Virus record (IMG/VR): IMGVR_UViG_3300032291_002550
Span: 64,436-128,435 of that record
DNA length: 64,000 bases
Strand: one strand, 5' to 3'
DNA from: a virus
A program made the translations under genes and the position numbers. A model generated the notes under the pieces. That model saw only the letters and a program-made list of their open reading frames with translations, ran no database searches and had not been told where the DNA came from. How positions within the stretch are numbered: position 1 is the stretch's first letter; every line of letters begins with the position of its first letter. Shown here piece after piece: positions 20,968 through 31,873 of the stretch.

Positions 20968-21189
20968 ATGGCAATAACTAAACAAAAATATATTATCGGA
21001 GGTACGCTTCAAACTCCTACTAGATGGAATAGAAATATTGCATTTATTAGTTCTGGCGGCGGAGCTAACACTATCGTATCAGCATTTCAAGCTCGTGTAG
21101 CTGCTGCAGGTAGTCCTACATTTTTTGAAGCAAGTGCTTGTCTTACAAATACAATTCAATCATTTTTAAATATTGATTTAGCACCTTAA
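20968..21189 (+). CDS. small putative virion protein
   Basis: ORF within structural-like block. Confidence 0.45.
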   Translation: MAITKQKYIIGGTLQTPTRWNRNIAFISSGGGANTIVSAFQARVAAAGSPTFFEASACLTNTIQSFLNIDLAP

Positions 21190-21207
21190 TTTATAAATAC
21201 TATATAT

Positions 21208-22425
21208 ATGGCAAATTTATATGATAAAGCATCTTTCATTTTTACAGCAAATGCTTATTCTGCGAGTAGATTATTTTCGATCAAACCAACAACCGGAAAT
21301 GGAGATTTAACTTTTTCTCGAGCTAGCGCTAGAACAAGAGTAAATTCAAGTGGTGTTATACAAACATTAGCTACTGATATACCAGCACTAAATTATTCAT
21401 CTAGTTTAAGCTGTCCGACATTTTTAACAGAGCCTCAAAGAACAAATTTTTTCTGGCCATCCGACACCGGTAGCAATGCATCGAATATAGTATCTGCATC
21501 AAATGATTGGGGTATTGGATTTGTAAATAAGAATACACTTTATAATACCGGTGCCGCTGGGGCGGTATATTATACTTCAAGTCCCATGACTATAGTAACC
21601 GGGTCAACATATATTATTAGTTGTTATGTAAAAATAGTAGATGGGCAAGCAGGTACACCTGTATTCGGCCCGACAGCTAATAGCCAAGGATATTTTAATA
21701 TTGCAGGTACAAGTATAACAGGAGATTCTTCATACAGAAAGATTCCGTTAGGTAATAATATTTGGAGAGTCGTTGCTAGCGGAAGTGGGACGGGAGGCGT
21801 TCAAAACACAGGGTTCTTAAGATGGACAATGAACCGTACAGGTTCAAATGGTACAGGGTCAATTGAAGTTACAGGGCTTCAAGTAGAATCAGGTTCAGGA
21901 ACAACACCATTTGAAACGAGTTATATTCCAACTACAACTGGCGCAGTTACACGCGCTGGAGATTCTATTAGTTTATCAAATATATATACAAATGGATTTA
22001 TTTCATTAACTGGCGGTACTTGGTTTGTAAATTTTAAAAATAATACAGTAATATCTGGAGATGGTGGTACAACAGGTATGTTTTTAGGAAGTAGTCCGAC
22101 AAACCCTACTACCGGTGATTCTTTACATTTTCGAAGTGCCGGTGCATCAGGTAGACATAAACTATGGAAAACATCAGGGTCTTCTACTTCAACCGTATAC
22201 GATACAACGTCCGACAATTGTAAAATTGCTATGACATGGAATGGCTCATTTCTTAATGTATTTGAAAATGGTACAAGGGTTATAACTAGTGCAAGCTTCG
22301 GGGCAACAAGTAGCTTACAAAATTTAGCTATACCGACATTCGCGGGGAGACCGTTTAACATTGATAGTATGGCATTATTCCCAACAGCATTATCAGACGC
22401 AGAATGTATAGCTTTAACAACATAA
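21208..22425 (+). CDS. putative fibre/adhesin protein (lectin/LamG-like)
   Basis: FSRAS..TRVN, EPQRTN, QVE...TSYIPTT..AVTR motifs and a C-terminal ALSDAECIALT typical of phage fibre proteins; higher GC. Confidence 0.6.
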   Translation: MANLYDKASFIFTANAYSASRLFSIKPTTGNGDLTFSRASARTRVNSSGVIQTLATDIPALNYSSSLSCPTFLTEPQRTNFFWPSDTGSNASNIVSASNDWGIGFVNKNTLYNTGAAGAVYYTSSPMTIVTGSTYIISCYVKIVDGQAGTPVFGPTANSQGYFNIAGTSITGDSSYRKIPLGNNIWRVVASGSGTGGVQNTGFLRWTMNRTGSNGTGSIEVTGLQVESGSGTTPFETSYIPTTTGAVTRAGDSISLSNIYTNGFISLTGGTWFVNFKNNTVISGDGGTTGMFLGSSPTNPTTGDSLHFRSAGASGRHKLWKTSGSSTSTVYDTTSDNCKIAMTWNGSFLNVFENGTRVITSASFGATSSLQNLAIPTFAGRPFNIDSMALFPTALSDAECIALTT

Positions 22426-22440
22426 TCAAATTATTTATAT

Positions 22441-22719
22441 ATGAAAACATTATACTTAAAAGCATCATCAAAAGAATTATTAATTACTGACATTAGTAAA
22501 GTTATTGATGATTATTCAGGGCAAATAGAAGCTAGCAATAATAATATACATTGCCACTATATAGGTCAAATAGCTAAGTCATTCGACCCTAAAACCGGAG
22601 AAATAACGGGATGGGTTGATGGTTATCATGCAAATTTATTAGTCCCGGATAATTTTAAAGAAAGTATATTATCTACGATCGTAACAGTCCCAACAAGTCC
22701 AGCACATAGTTTTTTATAA
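22441..22719 (+). CDS. hypothetical protein, possible fibre-associated
   Basis: directly follows the fibre-like gene; GYHANL...P.H.F. Confidence 0.45.
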   Translation: MKTLYLKASSKELLITDISKVIDDYSGQIEASNNNIHCHYIGQIAKSFDPKTGEITGWVDGYHANLLVPDNFKESILSTIVTVPTSPAHSFL

Positions 22720-22775
22720 AAAATAATTAGGAAATTTGAAATGTTTTTCTTATCTTTAAGTATAATATAAATTAT

Positions 22776-23333
22776 ATGGTATTTAAGATAGATCGTAAAA
22801 CATTAAAACCTAGAAGTGTTATTGTACATATCGTACTTGTTACGCTAATCATTTGTCTTTTTACATCCGGAGCAACTTTTGTCTTCGGATTTAAAGAAGG
22901 CCGAAATGTTCTTCAAAATCTAACGCCTGAAGAACGGCTTATTATTATTAATGAATATGATAAGTTTACTCCACAAAAGTTAAAAGCATATATGGCGGAA
23001 TTAAATATTCCACATTCAGATATTGTATATGCTCAAGCAGTTTTAGAAACTGGAAATTTTACATCACATATTTGTAAAACAAACAATAACTTCTTTGGTA
23101 TGAAGGTTGCGACCATTCGTCCAACTACAAATATCGGAGAAGAAAATGGCCATGCCGCTTTCAAAAATTGGAGGCAATCAGTCATAGACTATGCTTTATA
23201 CTCTTCTTGTTACTTAACGAGAATGACACGAGATGAGTACTTTTCTTATCTTGGGTCTCGTTATGCAGAAGACCCTAATTATATCATACGCGTAAAACAA
23301 ATCATCGAAAAAGAAAAAAATAAAAAGAAATAA
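22776..23333 (+). CDS. glucosaminidase (GH73-like) peptidoglycan hydrolase with N-terminal TM
   Basis: AQAVLETG, NNFFGMK, YAEDPNY. Confidence 0.75.
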   Translation: MVFKIDRKTLKPRSVIVHIVLVTLIICLFTSGATFVFGFKEGRNVLQNLTPEERLIIINEYDKFTPQKLKAYMAELNIPHSDIVYAQAVLETGNFTSHICKTNNNFFGMKVATIRPTTNIGEENGHAAFKNWRQSVIDYALYSSCYLTRMTRDEYFSYLGSRYAEDPNYIIRVKQIIEKEKNKKK

Positions 23334-23334
23334 T

Positions 23335-23772
23335 ATGAAAAAAGTTACAATAGCACAGCAACTAAAAATTAAAAAGTTTCCATTCATAATTGAAGATTCC
23401 AATGGAACCCAAATCTACTTTGAAAATTCATATGGAACTTGGATTAGAAGAGAAAAAGATGAGAAAGGTAATCAAACATTCGCTGAAAATTCAGATGGAT
23501 ATTGGTGTAAAAGAGAATTTGATTCCAATGGAAATGAAATTTACTATGAAGATTCAGATGGAACAATTATAGATAACAGACCTAAAGTATCTGAAGTACA
23601 TATCACAATGGCAGACATAAAAGATTCAATATATAAAGCAGCTAGTGCTGACTTTATTATTTCAATTATTTCAATTCAAAGATCTACCCCTTTAAAGGAA
23701 ATTGAATTAACAATGGATGAAATTGCTAAGGCATTAAATATTGACGTAAACCTTTTAAAAATAAAAAAATAA
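23335..23772 (+). CDS. repeat protein, paralog 3
   Basis: same termini and repeats as 18624, plus an insert. Confidence 0.7.
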   Translation: MKKVTIAQQLKIKKFPFIIEDSNGTQIYFENSYGTWIRREKDEKGNQTFAENSDGYWCKREFDSNGNEIYYEDSDGTIIDNRPKVSEVHITMADIKDSIYKAASADFIISIISIQRSTPLKEIELTMDEIAKALNIDVNLLKIKK

Positions 23773-23777
23773 ACTAT

Positions 23778-24065
23778 ATGATATTACTATTATTATTACT
23801 CGCAGGATACATTTATCCTTTATACAGATGTATAAAATTTGACAGAGCATATTATGGACCTAATGGTGCTGGGAGTGATGAAAAACCGACACTTAGAGAA
23901 TTTATTATTGCATTTATACCAATATTCAATATTATATATGTATGTATAATGTACATAGAGAATGAAAGTCCATGGAAGTCTTCATATCATCGAGAGCTCG
24001 AAAGAATAAAAAAAGAAAAGCCACTTCATCCAATCTTAAAATTATACTTTAAAAAAGATAAATAA
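23778..24065 (+). CDS. hypothetical membrane protein
   Basis: two hydrophobic segments. Confidence 0.55.
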   Translation: MILLLLLLAGYIYPLYRCIKFDRAYYGPNGAGSDEKPTLREFIIAFIPIFNIIYVCIMYIENESPWKSSYHRELERIKKEKPLHPILKLYFKKDK

Positions 24066-24081
24066 TAATATCTAATTGTAT

Positions 24082-24160
24082 ATACGCTCGTATACGTGCT
24101 TAAATTAATATTCCTATATATTGTTATAAGAATATAATAAAAGTGCATATACGAGCGTAT
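24082..24160. repeat. inverted repeat between convergent genes
   Basis: ATACGCTCGTATA / TATACGAGCGTAT arms. Confidence 0.6.
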
Positions 24161-24205
24161 TTTCATATACATACGAGCCGTCCTAATTATAATAAGATTC
24201 TAATA

Positions 24206-24931
24206 CTATTCATAATCATACTTAGACTTATAATATTGAATTGGATTGCCTACCAGCATCGCGAAACAGTTATAGCATAATAATTGCAAATTTTCTATTT
24301 TCCATTCATCATAATTACAATCAATATGATCAATCAATAAAGGAACTTTACCTGTTATCATATTTTTTTCAGAGTATCCGCAACAAGCACAACGTTCAGC
24401 AATAATATCATTAGCTATAAGAAACTCTTTTAAACGTTTCTGAGTATATACTTTAACATCCAAATCATTATTATTTAATTTTTGAACTATACTTTGGACA
24501 TACCATTCATCCCATTTCTTTTTACGATGCAATTTTTTAAGAATAACTAAACGAGCTCCTTTAGCTTTATTAGAACGATCTAATAATAATTGAAAATAAG
24601 ATTTTTTACTTTCTTTTTCTATATATAAGGAAGCATACTTTTTCCATCTTCTAAAAGACACGTTTAAGTAATGAGCAGCATCACGATTAGATTTGATATC
24701 AGGAACGTTAAATACTATATGTTTTATTTCATGTTCGTAAAGAGGAATGACCCTAGACTTTTTTACTTTTGTCGGATCGTTAAGAGTAAATGAATCTGTA
24801 GAAGCGTTAAGGTCGAAGTCGAATCTGGGGATTCGATTTTTAGGAGCTTTAACTTTAACACCATTAATAATTTGGGTACCACGTTTAAGCTCGTTAGGAT
24901 TTAAATTAATTTGTTGTGGAGTATCAGTCAT
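24206..24931 (-). CDS. HNH endonuclease (zinc-finger type)
   Basis: CACC...IDHID.N....ENLQLLCYNC; the only convincing minus-strand gene. Confidence 0.75.
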   Translation of the reverse strand: MTDTPQQINLNPNELKRGTQIINGVKVKAPKNRIPRFDFDLNASTDSFTLNDPTKVKKSRVIPLYEHEIKHIVFNVPDIKSNRDAAHYLNVSFRRWKKYASLYIEKESKKSYFQLLLDRSNKAKGARLVILKKLHRKKKWDEWYVQSIVQKLNNNDLDVKVYTQKRLKEFLIANDIIAERCACCGYSEKNMITGKVPLLIDHIDCNYDEWKIENLQLLCYNCFAMLVGNPIQYYKSKYDYE

Positions 24932-24934
24932 AAT

Positions 24935-25712
24935 ACTATATATAATAAGAATAAAGAAATAATAATAATAAAAAAGCTATATAATAACCTAGATACTAAA
25001 TAACCTATAAATACTATATATAAGAATACTAATAATAATATTAAATATAAAGTAATAATAGATATAGAAACAATTATAGTAATAATAGCAATTATAACAA
25101 TAATAATAATAAAAGGATATAACTTTATTAATATATACCAGAGATTCTATATAGTTAAAGTAATTAACCTTTTTTTATTATAAGTATGTAATAAGAATAT
25201 ATGATCGCCTAGTATATTATATATAGATAGATAGAAGAGAAGCAGAGTTGTTTATGTAAGGAATTGGGTGGTTGTGGAAGATTATACAGTTCCTCCTCTC
25301 TCAGAACAGTTTTCTTATATATAAAGAACTCTCAGCACTGAATAACCAATTATCATTACATATTTCTTATATACTATATATAATAGACTCATTCATTCAT
25401 TGTTCTTTATATATAGTATATTACGTTTGTACTGGTTTAGTAGTGTCTATTATATATAGTATTATTATATTCAGTAGTACTGTATTGTTTGTACATATAT
25501 TATATATAGTATTAGTAGTACTATGGGCATCTTCATATTATTATTATTATATAGTAGTACTGGGTTAGTAGTATTCATTCTTATTATATATAGTATTATT
25601 CAGTAGTGTCTTATATATAGTATTATTATATATAGTATGCTCGTTGTACTACAGGTTTAGTAGTGTCTATATTATATATAGTATTAGTAGTACAAAGTAT
25701 TTTTCAGTAGTA
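24935..25712. repeat. AT-rich low-complexity tract with TATATAGTATT / TAGTAGTAC repeats
   Basis: non-coding; repeated short motifs; A-rich then T-rich skew. Confidence 0.6.
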
Positions 25713-25779
25713 CTAGGAAATATGAAATGTTTTCCTTATATTTATATTCTATTAAGTTAAATCAGATAAATAATAAGTT

Positions 25780-26085
25780 ATGAAGAACACAGGATTAAGC
25801 TCGTTACAGAGCCAGATTGCCGAATTGACATTTCGCGCAGAACATTTAGAAAATTTTCAGGACATCACAAACGAATTGAAGGAAAACTTCAACTCGCTAA
25901 ACTACATTAGACGTTATTCACACGTTGGTCCTAGATCGCAGCGTACCAAATTCTACGGTACGAGTAATTTAAGTAACAGTACTGTATATCGTATGAAGAA
26001 TCATGTTGAGAAAATCAACCCCTTCTATACAGTACGTAGAGCAAGCACCGGAGACGTAGCAGTGTACTTTAACAGTGCATACTAA
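25780..26085 (+). CDS. hypothetical early protein
   Basis: own promoter. Confidence 0.6.
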   Translation: MKNTGLSSLQSQIAELTFRAEHLENFQDITNELKENFNSLNYIRRYSHVGPRSQRTKFYGTSNLSNSTVYRMKNHVEKINPFYTVRRASTGDVAVYFNSAY

Positions 26086-26244
26086 TCACTAACCGGTACC
26101 GAGGAGAGGTGCTATTATATATAGCATCTCTCACCATGTAAACTTTTTCGTATTGATTATCAAGCAGTTATATATAAGTAAAACATTTCTCTAGGATTCG
26201 TAATATTATTTTCTTATCTTTAAGTATAATAATAAAAAGAATAT

Positions 26245-26619
26245 ATGACACAAATTAAATCAATTGACAAACGCAATATCGGGACATTACGTAATGAATA
26301 TCAAGCAGCATTAGATGCTGTTTCTAAGAAATATGGATTGACAGCGCATATGGGCAGAATTTTATTTAATTCTAATGAATTCAGATGTAAATTAACAGTT
26401 TCTGCCGCGGCTACATTAGTTAAAGCTACTTTAAGTAATCCTATGCATAATGCCACTGGGGATACTAGTACTTCTTATATTGGTCGTTCGTATAAGCTCA
26501 GGAATTCGGTATATACGATCACGGATATGAAGTCTCCGGGAGTATTTTTAGCTAAAAACCAAAATGGAAGACTTTTTAGAATTAAAGCAGATCAGTTAAA
26601 AAGTATGATTGCTATATAG
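26245..26619 (+). CDS. hypothetical early protein
   Basis: own promoter. Confidence 0.65.
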   Translation: MTQIKSIDKRNIGTLRNEYQAALDAVSKKYGLTAHMGRILFNSNEFRCKLTVSAAATLVKATLSNPMHNATGDTSTSYIGRSYKLRNSVYTITDMKSPGVFLAKNQNGRLFRIKADQLKSMIAI

Positions 26620-26895
26620 TATATTGATTATCAAGAGCTTATAATTATTTGATTATTAAGCTCTTTATTTTTATTCCGTTAAACATTTCTCTAGGAAATT
26701 TGCGGACATTATCTTATCTTTAAGTATAATAATAAGATAAATGGAAATAAATAAAATATGTGATAAAGAAAAATGTACACGTAAAGCATGTATAAAGAAT
26801 GCTCAGTATTTCCCAGGATTACATTTATGTACATATCATGCTAATAAAGCAACTAAAGAAGGTAGAGTAGCACGTAAATTAAAAAAATAAATAAT

Positions 26896-27297
26896 ATGGA
26901 AAAAGAATTTATACCTTACGAACAAGCATTAGCTTTAAAAGAATTAGGTTTTGATGAACCTTGTTTTGCACATAGATATTCTAATAGAGATGATGATTTT
27001 CATTTTTTGCCAAATCCTCTAAATAATTCTCAATTAATAAAAGAAAATAGAGGGTGTGCAGCACCACTTTATCAACAAGCATTTAGATTTTTTAGAGAGA
27101 AGTACGGTTTAGATGTTAATTATGATGTTTGTATTCCAACATCTTATATACCAACAATTCATTTTACAAGCGAAATTGGATTAGAATATAGATGCCATGA
27201 AATGTTGAAATTTTTTGGGAGACGTATATTTGATTCTAAAGAAGAAGCTAGAATTGAATCCCTTAAAAAACTAATCGGAATTGTAAAAAATAAATAA
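26896..27297 (+). CDS. hypothetical phage protein
   Basis: EQALALKELGFDEPC...APLYQQAFRFFREKYGL. Confidence 0.65.
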   Translation: MEKEFIPYEQALALKELGFDEPCFAHRYSNRDDDFHFLPNPLNNSQLIKENRGCAAPLYQQAFRFFREKYGLDVNYDVCIPTSYIPTIHFTSEIGLEYRCHEMLKFFGRRIFDSKEEARIESLKKLIGIVKNK

Positions 27298-27530
27298 TAT
27301 GGTAACCAATACGGAATTAAATAAAATTATTGAATTTGCTGCTAAGTTTAATTGTACTGCATTTTTAATAGCTGAAGAATGGAATGTATGTAAAGATAAT
27401 TATGAAGATATATCTGATTACTTGGCAGATTTAGAAGTTACTGGTGATTATGATATATTTTTAGAAAAGTAACATTTCGGTTGTTTATTTGAAATAAATC
27501 TCTTATCTTTAAGTATAATAAAAAGGAAAT

Positions 27531-27797
27531 ATGAAAGAAGATTATAATTTTTCAGATAATTTTGATAAGCATTTGTTTAATGAGCTTTTAAAGTTAAATG
27601 GAGATATTCACTATACAAAATATAGCGATATTGAAGATGCTAGTATTTATTTAGATGATAAATATCATATACAATTAGGTTATAGTGTTGTAGTTGTCTG
27701 GGCAAAGATAGGTGATGAATTTCATGAATTAAAAGCATTTTATAAATCACATTATTTTATGCTCGAGATTATTAATTATGTATTTAAACTAATGTAA
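27531..27797 (+). CDS. hypothetical early protein
   Basis: own promoter. Confidence 0.6.
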   Translation: MKEDYNFSDNFDKHLFNELLKLNGDIHYTKYSDIEDASIYLDDKYHIQLGYSVVVVWAKIGDEFHELKAFYKSHYFMLEIINYVFKLM

Positions 27798-27804
27798 GTA
27801 ATAT

Positions 27805-27936
27805 AGTCAGGTGGCGGAATGGTAGCCGCAAATAACGTGTAAGTGAATCTAACCCGCGAGGTAGTTGAGCGGAGAATAAAGCACGTGATTGAAGAAGTTA
27901 CTTATCTTCATACAGGTTCGAATCCCGTCCTGACTA
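27805..27936 (+). ncRNA. tRNA-scaffold RNA, copy 1 (132 nt)
   Basis: AGTCAGG/CCTGACT acceptor, D-arm GCGG-AATGGTAG-CCGC, T-arm ACAGG-TTCGAAT-CCCGT; extended insert in place of the anticodon loop. Confidence 0.75.
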
Positions 27937-28060
27937 CAAAAATTAAAATAATTAATAATCAATTGGTTATATAAGTCCTTGTAAATCAAGGGCTTTTTTT
28001 ATGTTAAAAATTTGGATTATTGGACAATTTATCTTATCTTTAAGTATAATAATAAAAGAA

Positions 28061-28315
28061 ATGAAAAATAGAAGAAATAGCCAGCAAGAAATAGTAGACT
28101 TTTTAACTAATAATAATTGTAAAACAGAGTCAGAAATTCAAGAATATGTTTGGGGCTATTATCGCTCAGAAAGTAATGAATCAAATAAAAAATATGCAGA
28201 TATTTTAAGACGTGCATTAAATGCTGGTAAAATTAAAAGAGCTAGATTAAAATTTAAAAATAAAGGCGAAACAAGATATTATTGGAGATATTATGTTGAT
28301 TTGAAAAATAATTAA
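28061..28315 (+). CDS. hypothetical protein (possible winged helix)
   Basis: ATG at 28061 after promoter. Confidence 0.6.
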   Translation: MKNRRNSQQEIVDFLTNNNCKTESEIQEYVWGYYRSESNESNKKYADILRRALNAGKIKRARLKFKNKGETRYYWRYYVDLKNN

Positions 28316-28381
28316 CATTTCTCTAGGAAATTTGAAAATTAATTCTTATCTTTAAGTATAATAAAAATAAAATATAAAAAT

Positions 28382-28645
28382 ATGAGTACATTTAAAACAT
28401 TACCAATGAATCAAATTAATGGTGGAGTTCAACATTTAGCATTTTACCCTAATGGCTATGGAGCTTCGATTGTAAAACATAGCTTTTCATATGGGCACGA
28501 GGATGGTTTATGGGAATTAGCAGTAATTAAAGGTACTGAAGAAGATTGGAATATATGTTATGATACTCATATTACATCAGATGTGCTAGGATATTTATCA
28601 GAATCGGATGTTGAAGATATATTAGTATTAATTCAAGCTCTTTAA
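28382..28645 (+). CDS. hypothetical phage protein
   Basis: PNGYGAS..KH.FSYG...GLWELAV...DVLGYL. Confidence 0.65.
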   Translation: MSTFKTLPMNQINGGVQHLAFYPNGYGASIVKHSFSYGHEDGLWELAVIKGTEEDWNICYDTHITSDVLGYLSESDVEDILVLIQAL

Positions 28646-28720
28646 AAAAGTAACAAAAAGGTTGTTTAATTGAAATAAATAACTTATCTTTAAGTATAAT
28701 AAAAAATAAAATATAAAAAT

Positions 28721-29038
28721 ATGAATAACGTAATTGTAATTGACGAAGTAAAATTATTATCTGGTAAAGGACGTAATGCTAAGTATTCGGCTATCGCTAA
28801 TGATGGAGAAGATTATGCATCAGAAATTTCTAAAGAAATCTTAAAACGTTCTGTAGAAGGATGGAATGGCAAGAGGATTGTGTATTTCAATCCAGAAGTA
28901 AAGAAATGGCAGAGATCAACAGCGCTTGATCAGATCAAAGCCTTGGCTCCAAAAGCCTCCAAAACAAAGACTCAAAGCGCACCCGTAGCTGATTCCGACA
29001 GTAACAGCGCAAGCGCATGCTCTAGCGCGGTAGAGTAA
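28721..29038 (+). CDS. stand-alone homolog of the N-terminal domain of the MoxR ATPase at 35670
   Basis: KRSVEGWNGKRIVYFNPEVKKWQR vs QRAIDGMGGKSSIVFNPNCEEWQR. Confidence 0.6.
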   Translation: MNNVIVIDEVKLLSGKGRNAKYSAIANDGEDYASEISKEILKRSVEGWNGKRIVYFNPEVKKWQRSTALDQIKALAPKASKTKTQSAPVADSDSNSASACSSAVE

Positions 29039-29345
29039 TCATCATATATCTTTTAAGGGCATTCGCCCATTATTATTATTAGTAAATCGCCCCTAGATCT
29101 TCGGATTCGGGGCTTTTTACTTTCAATACGATATTAGACCCCGGTTTCTATAAAAGAATATTGACTCTAATACGAAAGTTCATATACGCACAACTATACA
29201 GCTTGATTTTTACGTGTAACGTGTTGATTTTCAATGATTTTAACTATTTGATAATCAATCTAATAAAGTTACGGAAAGGTAAACATAAATTTGGAAATAC
29301 GAGAATATTCTCTTATCTTTAGGTATAATAATAAAAAGAAATAAT

Positions 29346-29549
29346 ATGATAACAGCAGAAGAGTTTATGTTAGAAAATTTGCAGAGCATGGATCAGCAAG
29401 AAGTAGAAAATGCAATGATTGAATTTGCTAGATTAAAAGTAGAAGAAGCAATTCATGAAATAGTTAATGCTGTAGATAATGAAGTTGAAAAAGATTTCAT
29501 AACAGAAGATCTTATCCGAAATGCTTATCCATTAGAAAATATAATGTAA
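29346..29549 (+). CDS. hypothetical protein (TAEEF...YPLENI family)
   Basis: paralog of 45686. Confidence 0.6.
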   Translation: MITAEEFMLENLQSMDQQEVENAMIEFARLKVEEAIHEIVNAVDNEVEKDFITEDLIRNAYPLENIM

Positions 29550-29608
29550 CAAATCGGTTGGAAATTTGAAATAAATAACTTATCTTTAGGTATAATAATA
29601 AAAAGAAT

Positions 29609-29824
29609 ATGAAAAATAAAATTAATGATTTAGGAATGATAATTGCTTTTGGTCCTTATAAGGTAAAATTATCTAGCAATGGACAAGTATCTTATTACAA
29701 GAATGGCCAATTAAGTAGAGTTGTTGATAAAGCAATTGACTTTGACAGTAAAGATTTATATGCACATGTATCAGAAATGGCTGACAGAATGGGTTATAAA
29801 GAATCAGATTTAAAGAAAGGATAG
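29609..29824 (+). CDS. hypothetical early protein
   Basis: own promoter. Confidence 0.6.
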   Translation: MKNKINDLGMIIAFGPYKVKLSSNGQVSYYKNGQLSRVVDKAIDFDSKDLYAHVSEMADRMGYKESDLKKG

Positions 29825-30040
29825 TATATGAAAGTAAGTAAAGAACAAATAGCAACAGGTTTATTAGTGGTTTATTTTCTGGCTGTCCTAATAATAGCAG
29901 TGTATATATCTAATTAACTGATAATCAATATTATATAAGTCCTTGTAAATCAAGGGCTTTTTTTATGTCCTGTTAAACATTTCTCTAGGAAATTTGAGCA
30001 AAAGATCTTATCTTTAGGTATAATAATAAAAAGGAAATAT

Positions 30041-30247
30041 ATGTCATTAGAAGTTAGAAAATATGAAAGCAACCCAGAATGGGATAGTCTTATAGTTAAA
30101 CAAAAATGGTCAACATGGACATTGGATAGTCATTCGGATGGAGATGTTGAAATATGCTGCACGACAGATGAGGGTGATACATCATTATTCCTTACCCAGG
30201 ATGAATTAAAATTAGTTATAGAATTTTTGCAAAGTAAAGTAAAATAA
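30041..30247 (+). CDS. hypothetical early protein
   Basis: own promoter. Confidence 0.6.
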   Translation: MSLEVRKYESNPEWDSLIVKQKWSTWTLDSHSDGDVEICCTTDEGDTSLFLTQDELKLVIEFLQSKVK

Positions 30248-30314
30248 TTAACATTTCGGTTGGATCTTTGAATCCTTTTCGGTATCTTTAGGTATAATAA
30301 TAAAAAGAAATAAT

Positions 30315-31250
30315 ATGAGTAACATTTTTGAAGCAATCCAAATTAAAGGTAAATTAGTCGCAAAAGAATTAGAAACAGGTAGAATAGCTAAAAAAGGCGA
30401 AATCCGTGATATTCAGATCCGAAATGCCTATAAGGAAAATCAACATTTATTAGTTGATCCTGTAAGTGGCAGAATTACCAGAATAGCAAAAGCTCCTGGA
30501 ACTATGTCAGTCCGTAAAGAAAATTTTGCTTCCGTTATCGCTAAAAGAGATCCTGAAATAATGTTTACCAATTTAAAAAACTTAACCAGAATGGTAGGAA
30601 AAGGAATCCAACCATCCTTAGTGGTTACAGGAATGGCTGGTATGGGTAAGACTCATATTGTAAAAGATACTTTGCAGCAATTAGGATTAAGAGAAAGTTT
30701 TGAATTCGTGCATTTTAAAGGAAGAGCTACTGCTGCTGGATTATATATTACCTTATATGAAAATAGCGATAAGATTGTTATATTAGATGATTGCGATTCT
30801 GTATTTAAAGATGACGATGCTGTAAATATTTTAAAAGGAGCTTTGGATAGTTATGATACACGTTATATTTCATATATTACCAGTAGAGAGTTAAAAGACA
30901 GTTATGGTAATGCTGTTCCGAAACAATTTAATTTTACAGGCCGAGTAATATTTATTTCTAACTATGAACAAAGTAGAATTGACGAAGCAATTAAATCTCG
31001 TTCTTTTGTTCAAGATATAAGTATGTCGACAGAACAAGTATTTTTGAGGATGGAACAATTAATTAATAAAATTGAGCCAGCAATTAAAAAGGAGCATAAA
31101 GTTCAAGCATTAGAAATAATGAAAAGTATAAACGAAAAATATGATGGTGTTGAAATTAATATTCGTTCTTTAATTAAAGCATCCAGAATAATTGCTATGG
31201 GTTTTGATAATCCTGAAATGGCTATATGCGAGCAGATTATATCTGCCTAA
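30315..31250 (+). CDS. AAA+ family ATPase
   Basis: Walker A GMAGMGKT, Walker B VILDDCD, IFISN, AIKSR. Confidence 0.8.
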   Translation: MSNIFEAIQIKGKLVAKELETGRIAKKGEIRDIQIRNAYKENQHLLVDPVSGRITRIAKAPGTMSVRKENFASVIAKRDPEIMFTNLKNLTRMVGKGIQPSLVVTGMAGMGKTHIVKDTLQQLGLRESFEFVHFKGRATAAGLYITLYENSDKIVILDDCDSVFKDDDAVNILKGALDSYDTRYISYITSRELKDSYGNAVPKQFNFTGRVIFISNYEQSRIDEAIKSRSFVQDISMSTEQVFLRMEQLINKIEPAIKKEHKVQALEIMKSINEKYDGVEINIRSLIKASRIIAMGFDNPEMAICEQIISA

Positions 31251-31365
31251 TAATCAATTAAATATAAGTCCCTGATTACCAGGGGCTTTTTTTATGATTT
31301 GTTAAACATTTCGGTTGGATTATTGAACAATTTATCTTATCTTTAAGTATAATAATAAAAAGAAT

Positions 31366-31569
31366 ATGAAAGAGATATTAATATGTATATTGTTACAATT
31401 TGTACTTTTTATACCATTCTATCTAATATGGAGGAATGACTGTAAAAAAATAGGAAAGAATAATTTGGCAGTAAGTTTAGAGGAAAGGTTTATTACTTGG
31501 ATTTTTCTTTGTCTTTTATTTACTATCTTATCATTATGCCCAATTTGGATATGTGGCTTTTTAAATTAA
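31366..31569 (+). CDS. small membrane protein
   Basis: two hydrophobic segments; own promoter. Confidence 0.55.
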   Translation: MKEILICILLQFVLFIPFYLIWRNDCKKIGKNNLAVSLEERFITWIFLCLLFTILSLCPIWICGFLN

Positions 31570-31642
31570 AATAAAATAATTAACATTTCTCTAGGAAATA
31601 CAAAATAAATCTCTTATCTTTAGGTATAATAATAAAAAGAAT

Positions 31643-31873
31643 ATGAGTATAGAAATTGTTAAAGGAAGCGTAGTTAAATTAAAAGAACGTTATGCTGAGG
31701 GAGAATTTAAAGGATTTTACAGAATTACTTCAATAAGAGGCTTATATGCCAATTTAGGAAGCGTATTTGGCAATACCATATACCATAAAAGAGTTCCATT
31801 AGAATGGTTAATAGAATGTGAAGAAGAATGGTATGCTAAATGGAGCCAAAGTGAAACTTATCAGTGTATGTAA
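31643..31873 (+). CDS. hypothetical early protein
   Basis: own promoter. Confidence 0.6.
   Translation: MSIEIVKGSVVKLKERYAEGEFKGFYRITSIRGLYANLGSVFGNTIYHKRVPLEWLIECEEEWYAKWSQSETYQCM

Noticed and set aside
18624-23772. Diversity-generating retroelement template/variable repeats
   Set aside because: There is no reverse transcriptase in the window, and by eye the differences between copies do not look adenine-specific.
25272-25568. 98-aa hydrophobic ORF
   Set aside because: It arises from the low-complexity TATATAGT tract and has a non-ATG start.
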